Source: an uncultured Actinomycetota bacterium (GTDB taxonomy: Bacteria > Actinomycetota > Actinomycetes > Prado026). From it: a DNA stretch of 64,000 bases. Numbering within the stretch: position 1 is the stretch's first letter; every line of letters begins with the position of its first letter. The stretch spans positions 3,091 through 67,090 of the forward strand of contig CAWKHA010000002.1 in the NCBI GenBank assembly GCA_963849365.1, read 5' to 3'. Below the pieces are notes generated by a model. The model saw nothing but the letters and a program-made list of their open reading frames with translations, had not been told where the DNA came from and ran no database searches. This document shows, piece after piece, positions 19,871 through 29,257 of the stretch. A program made the position numbers and the translations under genes.

Positions 19871-20719
19871 TCAGGCCACGCGCAGACCGGTGATAGCGAA
19901 GCGCTCGACCGCCCGGACATGGCCGCCGGTCGACACCGCGACCGTCAGCACGCTGCCCGACGGCGCGGCGAAGGGCACCTCGACCGACCACGGGGACCGC
20001 ATGCCGCCGGCCGGCACGCCCCCGACCAGGCCGACCTGCCCGGACAACGTGCGAACCTGCACCCGCAGGCTCTCGTCGACACCGGTGATCCGGCCGCCGA
20101 CGGTGACCGGCGAGGTCACCCGGGCGCCGTACGCGGGCGTGGTCAGGGTCAGCGTCGTGTCCCGGCTGCCGACGACCTCCCAGGGCGCGTCGGCCCCGGC
20201 GCCGATCCGGGCCAGGTGCAGCACCGCCGCGACCGACGGCCGGCCGTCCGGTGCCGCGGCGCCGACCGGCACCCAGGCCGCGCGAGCGGTCACCGTGGGC
20301 GTGCCGACCACCCGGTCGATCTCCCGGTAGCCGAGGAAGTCGCGCGTGAAGCGGAGTGCGGTCTGGGCGGCGTCCAGGTGCCATGCCTGCGCGCCCGTGC
20401 TGCGGTACTGCTCCTGCCAGGCGCCGGCCTCCGCGACGGTACCGAACGGCCACAGCGGCACGGCCCCGAAGGCGGGCACCACGGCCGACCGGCTGGCGCT
20501 GGGGGTCGGGCCGGTGACGCTGGTCGTGGCGCTCGGGGTCGGCGTCGCCGAGGCTCCCGGCGTCGCCGGCTCGGGCTCGCGCAACAGGCTGACGCCGAGG
20601 GCGACCAGCAGGAGCAGGACCAGGACAGCGATCCCGACCGCGACCAGGAGACCGCGCCGGACCGGGTGGTCGGGACGGCCGGGCAGCTCGGACCCGGGCT
20701 TCAGCAGTGGCGTGGTCAT
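19871..20719 (-). CDS. Membrane-anchored protein with C-terminal Gmad2-like immunoglobulin domain
   Basis: TM helix, Pro/Thr linker, PLWPF...W.....Q.WHLD...TAL.F and P..G..V.SPVTVGG.ITGVDE. Confidence 0.7.
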   Translation of the reverse strand: MTTPLLKPGSELPGRPDHPVRRGLLVAVGIAVLVLLLLVALGVSLLREPEPATPGASATPTPSATTSVTGPTPSASRSAVVPAFGAVPLWPFGTVAEAGAWQEQYRSTGAQAWHLDAAQTALRFTRDFLGYREIDRVVGTPTVTARAAWVPVGAAAPDGRPSVAAVLHLARIGAGADAPWEVVGSRDTTLTLTTPAYGARVTSPVTVGGRITGVDESLRVQVRTLSGQVGLVGGVPAGGMRSPWSVEVPFAAPSGSVLTVAVSTGGHVRAVERFAITGLRVA

Positions 20720-20783
20720 GGTTTCCACCTCGACCCGTTCAGGCGACGCCGCCGGTGCGCGCCGATGCGTTCCGCCTCCTCCC

Positions 20784-20856
20784 AGCGTCATCGGCCCCAG
20801 CGCGCGCCGGTAGGGCAGAACGTCACTTCCGCGCACGGCCCCGGACCGTCGAGCAT
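20784..20856. promoter_or_regulatory. Bidirectional DosR-like promoter region
   Basis: Degenerate box GGGCAGAACGTCAC at 20813-20826; GACGCT (minus, 20784-20789) and GAGCAT (plus, 20851-20856). Confidence 0.55.
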
Positions 20857-20898
20857 GGTCTCGGGACAGGTTCGGGACCCAGGACGGGAGCGCGTGTC

Positions 20899-22371
20899 GT
20901 GACCACTCCTCCGGCGCCGTTCGCAGCCGACCTCCTCGCGGACCAGGCGGCCGCCGTCCGCGAGACCCACAGCGCCGTGGTGATCCTGGTCGGGGACCGT
21001 GCGTACAAGGTCAAGAAGCCGGTGGACCTGGGGTTCCTCGACTTCCGCAGCCTGGAAGCCCGTCGCGGGGTGACCGGCCGCGAGCTCGAGCTCAACCGCC
21101 GGCTGGCGCCCGACGTCTACCTCGACGTCGCCACGGTGTCGGGCAGCGACGGCCACCCGAGCGAGTACGTGCTGGTGATGCGCCGCATGCCGGAGGCGGC
21201 CCGGCTGTCCACGATGATCCGCGAAGGCACCCCTGTGGACGAGCACCTGAGCCGGCTCGCCCGGCTGGTCGCACGGTTCCACGCGGGAGCTCTGCGCGGC
21301 CCGGCGATCGCCGCCGAGGGCGGTGCCGACGCGCTGCGGCGCCGGTGGACCGCCAACCTGCTCGAGACCGAGCGCTTCCGGGGCAGCCTGCTCTCCGCCG
21401 ACGACCACGCGGAGCTCACCGAGCTGGTCCAGCAGTACATCGCGGGCAGGCAGCCGCTGTTCGCGGAGCGGGCGGCGGCCGGATGCGTCGTCGACGGCCA
21501 CGGGGACCTGATCGCCGACGACGTGTTCTGCCTGGCCGACGGGCCGCGCGTCCTGGACTGCCTGGAGTTCGACGACCGGCTGCGCTGGGTCGACGTCCTC
21601 GACGACGTGGGGTTCATGGCCATGGACCTGGAGCGGCTGGGCCGGCCGGACCTCGCGGAGCGGTTCCTCGACCGGTACGCCGAGTTCAGCGGCGCGGTCC
21701 CGGTGCGCTCGCTGCAGCACCACTACGTGTCCTACCGCGCCTTCGTACGGGCCAAGGTCTCGTGCATCCGGGCCGCGCAGGGCGACCGGTCGTCGGTGTC
21801 GGAGATCGAGACCTACGTGGACCTCGCGCTCACCCACGCCCGGGCCGCGCAGGTGTCCCTCGTCCTCGTCGGCGGCGCGCCGGGGACCGGCAAGACGACG
21901 CTGGCCGCCGGGCTGGCCGACCGGATGGGCGGCGTGCTGCTCAGCTCGGACCGGGTGCGCACCGAGGTGGCCGGTGTTCCACCGGACCGCAGGTACGCCC
22001 CGGAAGGGAAGGCCGCCACGTACGCAGAGCTCCTGCACCGCGCCGAGCAGGCGCTGCGGCACGGAGAGGACGTGGTGCTGGACGCGACGTGGGGGGCCGG
22101 CGAGCCGCGCCGGTCTGCGGAAGAGCTCGCGGCGCGCACGTGCTCGCGGCTGTTCGCGCTCGAGTGCCGGGTCGATCCGGCCGTCGCCGCGGCCCGGGCC
22201 GAGCGGCGCCTGCTCGCCGGCACGGACTCCTCCGAGGCCGGCGCCCAGGTGTCGCGCGCGCTGGCCGCCGCCCGCGAAGCCTGGCCCCAGGCCCGTGCGA
22301 TCGACACGTCCGGCACGGCGAAGCAGTCGCTGGCGGCAGCCTGCGCGTTCCTGCCGCACGCACGGCGCTGA
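20899..22371 (+). CDS. Aminoglycoside-phosphotransferase-like domain plus P-loop kinase (Rv2004c-like)
   Basis: ETH...AYKVKKPVDLGFLDF, ELNRRLAP.VY, DGHGDL, DCLEFDDRLR; Walker A GAPGTGKTT. Confidence 0.92.
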   Translation: MTTPPAPFAADLLADQAAAVRETHSAVVILVGDRAYKVKKPVDLGFLDFRSLEARRGVTGRELELNRRLAPDVYLDVATVSGSDGHPSEYVLVMRRMPEAARLSTMIREGTPVDEHLSRLARLVARFHAGALRGPAIAAEGGADALRRRWTANLLETERFRGSLLSADDHAELTELVQQYIAGRQPLFAERAAAGCVVDGHGDLIADDVFCLADGPRVLDCLEFDDRLRWVDVLDDVGFMAMDLERLGRPDLAERFLDRYAEFSGAVPVRSLQHHYVSYRAFVRAKVSCIRAAQGDRSSVSEIETYVDLALTHARAAQVSLVLVGGAPGTGKTTLAAGLADRMGGVLLSSDRVRTEVAGVPPDRRYAPEGKAATYAELLHRAEQALRHGEDVVLDATWGAGEPRRSAEELAARTCSRLFALECRVDPAVAAARAERRLLAGTDSSEAGAQVSRALAAAREAWPQARAIDTSGTAKQSLAAACAFLPHARR

Positions 22372-23298
22372 CTACGGCACCGGCTCGCTCGTGGGCAGGG
22401 CCCGGGCCGGCGATGGGTGCGCGGCGAGGATCTCGCGCAGTCCGGCCACGAACCGCAGCGACTCGGTGTGGCCGCGCTGCCAGGTGTTGCGCCCGAAGAT
22501 CAGCCCGAGCGCCCCGGCGTCCATCGACTCGCGGGCCTTCTCCAGCATCGCGTCGTCGCCCGCGCGCTCCCCGCCGGAGACCAGCACCAGCGTGCGGTTG
22601 GCCGACCTCACCACGGCGCCGATCGCCTCTCGGCTGGAGAACTCGCGGTCGTACTCCGGCTTCACCGCCGTACGCAGCTCGGGCTGCGGGAAGTTCACCT
22701 TGACCACATCGGCTCCGAGCTCGCTGGCCACCCGCGCGGCGTAGTCGACCGCGTAGAACGACGTCTTGCCGCCCTTGGCCTCGATGGCCGACCCGCGTGG
22801 GTAGGCCCACACGACCAGCGGCATCCCCAGCCGCTGGGCGTCCGCGCGGACCGTGCGCAGGACCTCGAAGTCCGCCTCCTGCGCGGGGCTGCCCACGTAC
22901 AGCGTGTAGCCCACGGCGTCGGCACCCAGCCGGACCGCCTCCGCGACCGTCGCGTTCACCGGCGAGCGCGGCGCCGCGTCCGACGGCACGTCCGTCCTGC
23001 CGTTCAGCTTGAGGACCAGCGGGATCTCGCCCGCGTACGTCCAGTAGAACTTCTCGGCCAGGCCGATCTGCAGCACGATGCCGTTGAAGCCGCCCTCGAT
23101 CGCCAGCCGCAGGACGTACCCGGGATCGCTCGCCGGCGGGTTCGCGAAGAAGTCCCGTGGCCCGTGCTCGAGCCCCTGGTCGTAGGGAAGGAACAGGGCG
23201 GTGCCGTTGCCGAGACCGTTCAGGTAGAGCAGCCGGTGCAGCCGCGCCTTCTTCCCGGTGCTCAGTCCGAGCTCGTCCAGTCCCGCCCTGCTCGTCAT
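22372..23298 (-). CDS. Class I (DhnA/FbaB-type) fructose-bisphosphate aldolase family protein
   Basis: LPYDQGLEHGP, EAVRLGADAVGYTLYVGS, WAYPRG, ELGADVVKVN (Schiff-base Lys), VSGG and GLIFGRN.WQR. Confidence 0.9.
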   Translation of the reverse strand: MTSRAGLDELGLSTGKKARLHRLLYLNGLGNGTALFLPYDQGLEHGPRDFFANPPASDPGYVLRLAIEGGFNGIVLQIGLAEKFYWTYAGEIPLVLKLNGRTDVPSDAAPRSPVNATVAEAVRLGADAVGYTLYVGSPAQEADFEVLRTVRADAQRLGMPLVVWAYPRGSAIEAKGGKTSFYAVDYAARVASELGADVVKVNFPQPELRTAVKPEYDREFSSREAIGAVVRSANRTLVLVSGGERAGDDAMLEKARESMDAGALGLIFGRNTWQRGHTESLRFVAGLREILAAHPSPARALPTSEPVP

Positions 23299-23336
23299 CG
23301 CGACCTCCCGCTGCTCGCGGCCACCCGGAAGGACCG

Positions 23337-23497
23337 ACGCTGGCAGCGCCGCCGCCGCAGGGTCAGAGGCCAAAGTCCCGGACCGGGCAGCCGACCGGCC
23401 ACGGCGCGGGACCGCTGCCGGCCGCGACGCAAGGGTCTTAGGACTGCGAGTTCGGTGTCGAAGGCCTCTCCGCAAGGGCCGCCGCGGGTTGCAGCGT
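23337..23497. promoter_or_regulatory. Divergent DosR-like promoters (aldolase and baeRF gene)
   Basis: GAGGCCAAAGTCCC at 23366-23379 with CAGCGT (minus, 23337-23342); GTGTCGAAGGCCTC at 23455-23468 with CAGCGT (plus, 23492-23497). Confidence 0.6.
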
Positions 23498-23527
23498 GGG
23501 TGCTGCGGATGTCCCGAGGAGGCTTCC

Positions 23528-24676
23528 ATGCTCACTCGCCTGCACGGCTCGGCGTTCGATCGGGTCGTGGATCTCTACAGCGTCCCGGGGCCGGTGACCT
23601 CGGTGTACCTGGGACTCGGCGCGGTCGATGACGTGCGCATGATCGACCTGCGCTGGCGCCACCTCCGCGGCGAGCTGGCCGCAGGCGGCGCGCCGGACGA
23701 CGACCTGGTCCTGCTCGACCTGGAGGTGCAGGCCGCCCGGGCGCACCCGGGGCCGCGCGTGCTGGCGGCGTTCTGCGCCGACGGTCGGCTCGTGGCCTCG
23801 CAGCTGCTCGAGCACGCGGACACACCGGACCGTGCGTGCTTCGGCGCGCTCGCCGCCGGGGGGCCGATGCTCGCCTGGGCACAGCAGCGGATCGCGTACC
23901 TGGTCGTGGTCACCGACCACACCGGCGCCGACATCGAGACCCGGCTGTGGCCGGCGCAGACGCTCTCGGTGGAACACGTCGAGGGCTCCGACGACGAGAT
24001 CCAGATGCACGGCTCCGGCGGCTGGGCGGCGCTCGCGCAGAGCCGGTACCAGCAGCGGGCCGTCGACTCCTGGGAGCACAACGCGGTCGAGGTCGCCGAG
24101 GAAGTCGCCGCCGAGTTCGAGCGCGTCCAGGCGCAGGTCGTCTTCCTGACCGGCGACCCCCGTTCGGTGCACTTCCTGAACGAGTCCCTCCCCAAGCACG
24201 TCCGGCACTGCGTGCGGGTGGTCGACATGGGCGGCACGCGTGGTGCCGGCGGGACCCGTGGTGCGGCCGGCACCTCGCCCCGGCTCGAGGCGGACGTGCA
24301 GGACCTCGTCCAGCGCACGAACACCGCCGCGACGGACGCGATGCTGCGGACCTGGCGTGACCTCGCCGGGCAGGGCCGTGCGGCCACGACCGGCGACCGG
24401 GAGACGGCGACGGCACTGCGCGGGGGCAAGGTGCAGACACTGCTCCTCGGCTACGAACAGGCCAGCCGCCGCAAGGCGTGGCTAGGGCCGGCGCCCGCCC
24501 AGGTGGCCGTCGACCACCACGAGCTGGTGGAGCTCGGCGTGCCCGTCCACCGGGTGCCGCTCGCGGACGCGCTGATCGGCGCAGCGCTGGCGACCAAGGC
24601 CGACGTGTACTTCCTGCCGCCGGACCTGGCGGACGCGCCCCCCGACGGCGTCGCGGCCGTCCTGCGGTACGCCTGA
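23528..24676 (+). CDS. Bacterial aeRF1-fold (baeRF2) protein, Rv2629/Balon-like
   Basis: GPVTSVYL, LRW..LR.EL...GA, YLVVV.D..GADI, GGW...Q.RYQQR..DSWE.N, AL..G.V.TLLL and DGVAAVLRY C-terminus; GGAGG RBS. Confidence 0.82.
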   Translation: MLTRLHGSAFDRVVDLYSVPGPVTSVYLGLGAVDDVRMIDLRWRHLRGELAAGGAPDDDLVLLDLEVQAARAHPGPRVLAAFCADGRLVASQLLEHADTPDRACFGALAAGGPMLAWAQQRIAYLVVVTDHTGADIETRLWPAQTLSVEHVEGSDDEIQMHGSGGWAALAQSRYQQRAVDSWEHNAVEVAEEVAAEFERVQAQVVFLTGDPRSVHFLNESLPKHVRHCVRVVDMGGTRGAGGTRGAAGTSPRLEADVQDLVQRTNTAATDAMLRTWRDLAGQGRAATTGDRETATALRGGKVQTLLLGYEQASRRKAWLGPAPAQVAVDHHELVELGVPVHRVPLADALIGAALATKADVYFLPPDLADAPPDGVAAVLRYA

Positions 24677-24700
24677 TCCGCCGTGCGCCCTCGGGGGTGC

Positions 24701-24743
24701 GGGACCTTCGGCCCTCGCCTGCGCCCCCGGGGTCCTCTAGCGT
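24701..24743 (+). promoter_or_regulatory. DosR-like box plus -10 for the USP-GT4-GH65-GDE operon
   Basis: GGGACCTTCGGCCC at 24701-24714; TAGCGT at 24738-24743. Confidence 0.72.
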
Positions 24744-24780
24744 GCGACGAGGGCGATGGACCCGACGCTGAGGAGCGGCC

Positions 24781-25587
24781 ATGACGCGCGTACTGGCCGG
24801 TGTGGACGGCAGCCCGGTGAGCGTGGACGTCCTGCGCGGGGCGGTCGTGATGGCCGACCTGCTCGGGGCGCAGGCGGAGGCCCTGCACGTGGGACCTGGG
24901 CCGTTGCCGGAGCTGCAGCGGCTGGCGGCCGCGACCGGGGTGCGCCTCGCCGAACGCGAAGGCACGGCCGAGCGCGTCCTGGCAGCGGTCCTGCGGGAGC
25001 ACGACGTGGTCCTCGGCGTCGTCGGCACGTCCGGCGGCGGCCGTGCCGAGGTCCCGGTGGGGCACACGGCCACCGCGGTGATGACCGGCTCCGTCCGGCC
25101 CCTGCTCGTCGTGCCGCCCGGTTCCTTCCCCCCGCACCGCCGGCACGTGCAGCACGCCCTCGTACCCCTGGACGGCCGTCCGGCATCCGCCGAGGCCGTC
25201 GAGCCGATGCTGCGGCTGCTGGGCGAGGCGGGCGTCGACATGCTCGTGGTGCACGTCTTCGACGACGCCACCGTCCCGACCTTCTGGGACCAGCCGCAGC
25301 ACGCCGTGCCCGCCTGGGAGCGCGAGTTCCTGCACCGCAACCTGCCGATGCTGCGCACCCGGCTGCGGCTGTGCCAGGGCGAGCCGGCTGCGCAGCTCGT
25401 GCGCACCGCGAGCGAGCAGGGCATCGATCTCGTCGTCGTGGGCTGGTCGCAGGACCTCTCCCCCGGGCACGCCCGCACCATGCAGCAGCTGCTCAAGGCG
25501 GGCGGCGTCTCGTTGCTGCTCCTCCCGACAGACGGATCCGTGATCGACCTGACCGAAGGCTTCCCCGCCGTCGCCGACCGGGCCTAG
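24781..25587 (+). CDS. Divergent tandem universal stress protein
   Basis: VLAGVDGS, VG.TA.AV....RPLLVVP; second domain LVPLDG...GEPA...DLVVVGWSQDLSPG. Confidence 0.8.
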   Translation: MTRVLAGVDGSPVSVDVLRGAVVMADLLGAQAEALHVGPGPLPELQRLAAATGVRLAEREGTAERVLAAVLREHDVVLGVVGTSGGGRAEVPVGHTATAVMTGSVRPLLVVPPGSFPPHRRHVQHALVPLDGRPASAEAVEPMLRLLGEAGVDMLVVHVFDDATVPTFWDQPQHAVPAWEREFLHRNLPMLRTRLRLCQGEPAAQLVRTASEQGIDLVVVGWSQDLSPGHARTMQQLLKAGGVSLLLLPTDGSVIDLTEGFPAVADRA

Positions 25588-25603
25588 GACGAGGAGGCGA
25601 GCC

Positions 25604-26674
25604 ATGAGAGTCGGACTGGTCGCGCCACCGTTCCTGCCCGTGCCCCCGCCCCGCTACGGCGGCACCGAGCTGGTCGTCGACGCCCTGGCCCGCGGCCTGC
25701 AGGCCGCCGGGCACGATGTGGTGCTGTTCAGCGTCGGCGAGTCCAGCTGCCCGGTGCCGAGCGCCTGGTGGTTCCAGCACGCCGTGGCGCCCATCGGCTC
25801 CTCCGCCGCCGAGGCGACACAGGTCACCGCGGCCTACCGCGACCTCGTCGACGTCGACATCGTGCACGACCACACGCTGCTCGGGCCGCTGGTCTTCGGC
25901 GGCCGGGCCGGCCCGCCCGTGGTCATGACCGTCCACTCCGCGTTCACTCCCGACCTGCGGCCGGTGTACGCCGAGATCGCCCGCCGGGTACCGCTCGTCG
26001 CGGTCTCCCAGGCGCAGTCCGACAGCGCGGGCCGGGTACCGATCCTGCGGGTGGTCCATCACGGCCTCGACCTGCAGCGGTACCCGCCCGGCCCCGGCGA
26101 CGGCGGCTACCTGCTGTTCCTGGCCCGGATGAGCCCGGACAAGGGACCGCAGCACGCCATCCGCATCGCGCGCGCCGCCGGCGTACGGCTCGTCGTGGCC
26201 GCGAAGATGCGCGAGCCCGACGAGCTCGCGTTCTTCCGTTCCGAGATCGAGCCGCAGCTCGGTCCCGACGTCGAGTTCGCCGGCGAGATCGACGTCGCCG
26301 AGCGGGTGCGCCTGCTGCGTGGCGCGACCGCCCTGGTCAACCCCATCCAGTGGCCGGAGCCGTTCGGCCTGAACATGATCGAGGCCCTGGCCTGCGGCAC
26401 CCCGGTGCTGGCCCTGCGGCACGGCGCGGCGCCCGAGATCGTCGTGGACGGGCTGACCGGCTTCCTGCGCACCGATCCTGCGGAGCTGGCGGAGTGCGTG
26501 CACCGGATCGGCGAGATCGACCGGGTCACCTGCCGCGCCGACGCGCAGCGGCGGTTCTCGATGCACCGGATGGTGCAGGACTACCTCGACGTGTACGCCG
26601 GCGTGCTCGGTGACTGCGACCCGAGCAGGCCGATGCGCCCCGAACCCTGGCTGCACGCTGCCCGAGTCACGTGA
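25604..26674 (+). CDS. Glycosyltransferase family 4
   Basis: VPP.RYGGTE, DIVHDH, LARMSPDKG and PIQWPEPFGL.MIEALACGTPV. Confidence 0.93.
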   Translation: MRVGLVAPPFLPVPPPRYGGTELVVDALARGLQAAGHDVVLFSVGESSCPVPSAWWFQHAVAPIGSSAAEATQVTAAYRDLVDVDIVHDHTLLGPLVFGGRAGPPVVMTVHSAFTPDLRPVYAEIARRVPLVAVSQAQSDSAGRVPILRVVHHGLDLQRYPPGPGDGGYLLFLARMSPDKGPQHAIRIARAAGVRLVVAAKMREPDELAFFRSEIEPQLGPDVEFAGEIDVAERVRLLRGATALVNPIQWPEPFGLNMIEALACGTPVLALRHGAAPEIVVDGLTGFLRTDPAELAECVHRIGEIDRVTCRADAQRRFSMHRMVQDYLDVYAGVLGDCDPSRPMRPEPWLHAARVT

Positions 26675-29220
26675 GCGGGACGCCCGAGCACACGTTCGCC
26701 GCCGTGGTGCTCGACTGGTACGGGACGGCAGTGCCGGACCGGCGGTCGGGTGCGGTCCGGCTGCGCCGGCTGCTCGAGAGTCTGTGCGGCTACGGCGTCG
26801 AGATCATCGTCCTCGGTGGTCCCGGCGCCATCGCCGAGATCGACGGCCAGCTCGCCGCCCGCCCGGGCGGGCCGGGCGCCCTGCACGTGTGCGCCGACGG
26901 CGGGACGCACGTGTACCGGATCACGACGGGCGGACCGGTCCGCACGCGGACTGCGGTGACCGGGCCGCAGGGCTGGGTGGTCGACCACCTCGACCGGCAC
27001 GGGATCGGCCCGGGCCTGGTGCTGGCCGTCGGCCCGCGGTCGGCCGAGCTCTTCGCCGGCGCCGCACCGCAGCCGCATCGCGGCGACGGGCCGGCCGCCG
27101 TCCGCGCCCTGCTCGCCCAGCAGGTCGCGGGCCATCGCGACGGCGCGGTGCCCGATCTCGACGACGACGCGCGCTGGCTCGTCCGCGCTCGTACGCCCCC
27201 GTCGCCGCGCCGGGTGTGCCAGGCCCTGACCACTGTGTCCGACGGGCATTTCGGCACCCGCGGCTCGCTCGAGGAGGAGGGTCCCGGCGCAGGTGCCGGC
27301 GTGCTGGCCGCCGGCGTGTACGAGGGGCACGGCGCCGACCAGCACCTGCTCCCCGGACCGCTGTGGACCGTCCTGGGGACTCCCGACGGGCGGGACCCCG
27401 ACGGTCCCCGCCTGCAGACGCTCGACCTGCGGACCGGAGTGCTGTCGCGCCGCTCGGAGGAGGACGGTCACGGGCTGACGAGCCTGCGGTTCGCCTCGGT
27501 CGCCCGGGCCGGCGTGGTCGCCATGCGTGCCCAGGGGCGCCCGGCCGGTGACCCCGGTCCGCCGCTGCGACTGCCCGCCGGCGCGCTCGGGCACAGCGGG
27601 TCATCGTCCGACCTGATGTGGGCGACCGTCGACGGCGGCACCGGGTCCGTGTCCGCGGCCGCTTCCCAGCGCACGTGGCCGTCGCCTCCGCGGGTGGAGC
27701 GCATCGCGGCGTTCACGTCGCAGCCGAGCGGTGCGCCGCGGCCCGGTCCGGTCCGCCGCCGGTTGCGCGCGGCCGCCCGGATCGGGTTCCCCGCCCTGCT
27801 CGCCGAGCAGCGCGCCGCCTGGGCCTCACGGTGGGCGGACGCACGCGTCGACCTGCCCGACGACCCCGCCGCGGAGCTGGCCCTGCGGTTCGCCACGTTC
27901 CACCTGCTCGCGACCGTCGGCGCCGACGGCGAGGCGGCGGTGGGTGCGCGCGGACTGTCTGGTCCCGGCTACTCCGGCCACGTCTTCTGGGACGCCGACG
28001 TGTACGTGCTGCCGGTGCTCGCCGCGGTCCGGCCCGCTGCGGCCAGGGCCATGCTCGGCTACCGCCTGCGACGGCTGGACGCGGCCCGCGCCACCGCCGT
28101 GTCCGAAGGCGGGCGGGGAGCCCGGTTCCCGTGGGAGTCGGCCCGGGACGGCAGCGACGTGACCCCCCGGTCGGCTGTGCTCGGCGACCGGGTGACGGCG
28201 ATCCGGACCGGCGACCTCGAGGTGCACATCGTCGCCGACGTCGCCTGGAGCGCGTGGCGCTACGCGCAGTGGTCCGGCGATGAGGGTTTCCTGCGCGGCC
28301 CGGGGCGCCCGCTGCTCGTCGAGACGGCTCGCTACTGGTCGACCCGAGCCCGCCGCGACCCCGCCGGCGTCGCCCACATCGACGCGGTGATCGGGCCCGA
28401 CGAGTACCACGTGGGTGTCGACGACGACGCGTTCACGAACGTCATGGCCCGGTGGAATCTGCGCCGCGCCGCCGAGCTCGTGCGGCAGGACGGGCCCCCC
28501 GGGCTGTGCGCAGAGGCCGCCGACTGGTGCCGGCTGGCGGATGCCCTGGTCGACGGTTACGACGGGCGCACCCGACGGCACGAGCAGTTCGCCGGCTTCG
28601 ACGGGCTCGAGCCGCTGCTGATCGCGGAGGTCGCCCAGCCACCCGTCGCCGCCGACATCCTGCTCGGGTCCGAACGCGTCGCCGGGGCGCAGATCCTCAA
28701 GCAGGCCGACGTCGTACTCCTGCACCTCCTGGTGCCCGACGAGCTGCCACCGGGTTCGCTGGAGCGCGACCTGGACTACTACGGGCCCCGGACCGCGCAC
28801 GGCTCGTCGCTCTCGCCGGCAGTCAACGCGGCCGTACTGGCCCGGGCAGGGCGCACCGAGGAGGCGCTCCGCTGGTTCCGGATCGCGGCCGCGATGGACC
28901 TCGAGGACTTGTCCGGCATGGCGGGTTCCGGACTGCACCTGGCGACCATGGGCGGCCTCTGGCAGGCGTACGTGCAGGGCTTCATGGGCATCGTTCCCAG
29001 CGCCGCCGGGCTGCAGTTCGACCCGAGGCTTCCGGAGCAGTGGCGGTCCGCGGCCGTCCGCGTGCGCTACCGGGGCCGGCGGGTACGGGCCAGCGTGGAG
29101 GGTGACACCGCGGTGGTCGAGGCGGACCGTCCGATCCGTCTCCTGCTCCCGGAGGCCGGCCCACTGGATGGTCGCCGGATCCGCCTGCGTCGTGACCCGG
29201 CAGGGTGGACGCCCGCGTGA
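26671..29220 (+). CDS. GH65 glycoside phosphorylase/hydrolase with degenerate N-terminal HAD-like segment
   Basis: GARGLSGPGYSGHVFWD, GARFPWES, VIGPDEYH, KQADV and TAHGSSLS; N-terminal FAAVVLDWYGTAV. Confidence 0.9.
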   Translation: MSGTPEHTFAAVVLDWYGTAVPDRRSGAVRLRRLLESLCGYGVEIIVLGGPGAIAEIDGQLAARPGGPGALHVCADGGTHVYRITTGGPVRTRTAVTGPQGWVVDHLDRHGIGPGLVLAVGPRSAELFAGAAPQPHRGDGPAAVRALLAQQVAGHRDGAVPDLDDDARWLVRARTPPSPRRVCQALTTVSDGHFGTRGSLEEEGPGAGAGVLAAGVYEGHGADQHLLPGPLWTVLGTPDGRDPDGPRLQTLDLRTGVLSRRSEEDGHGLTSLRFASVARAGVVAMRAQGRPAGDPGPPLRLPAGALGHSGSSSDLMWATVDGGTGSVSAAASQRTWPSPPRVERIAAFTSQPSGAPRPGPVRRRLRAAARIGFPALLAEQRAAWASRWADARVDLPDDPAAELALRFATFHLLATVGADGEAAVGARGLSGPGYSGHVFWDADVYVLPVLAAVRPAAARAMLGYRLRRLDAARATAVSEGGRGARFPWESARDGSDVTPRSAVLGDRVTAIRTGDLEVHIVADVAWSAWRYAQWSGDEGFLRGPGRPLLVETARYWSTRARRDPAGVAHIDAVIGPDEYHVGVDDDAFTNVMARWNLRRAAELVRQDGPPGLCAEAADWCRLADALVDGYDGRTRRHEQFAGFDGLEPLLIAEVAQPPVAADILLGSERVAGAQILKQADVVLLHLLVPDELPPGSLERDLDYYGPRTAHGSSLSPAVNAAVLARAGRTEEALRWFRIAAAMDLEDLSGMAGSGLHLATMGGLWQAYVQGFMGIVPSAAGLQFDPRLPEQWRSAAVRVRYRGRRVRASVEGDTAVVEADRPIRLLLPEAGPLDGRRIRLRRDPAGWTPA

Positions 29221-29257
29221 GAGGGTCGGCCCGCGCGAGTGGCCGAGGAGGTGCGCG

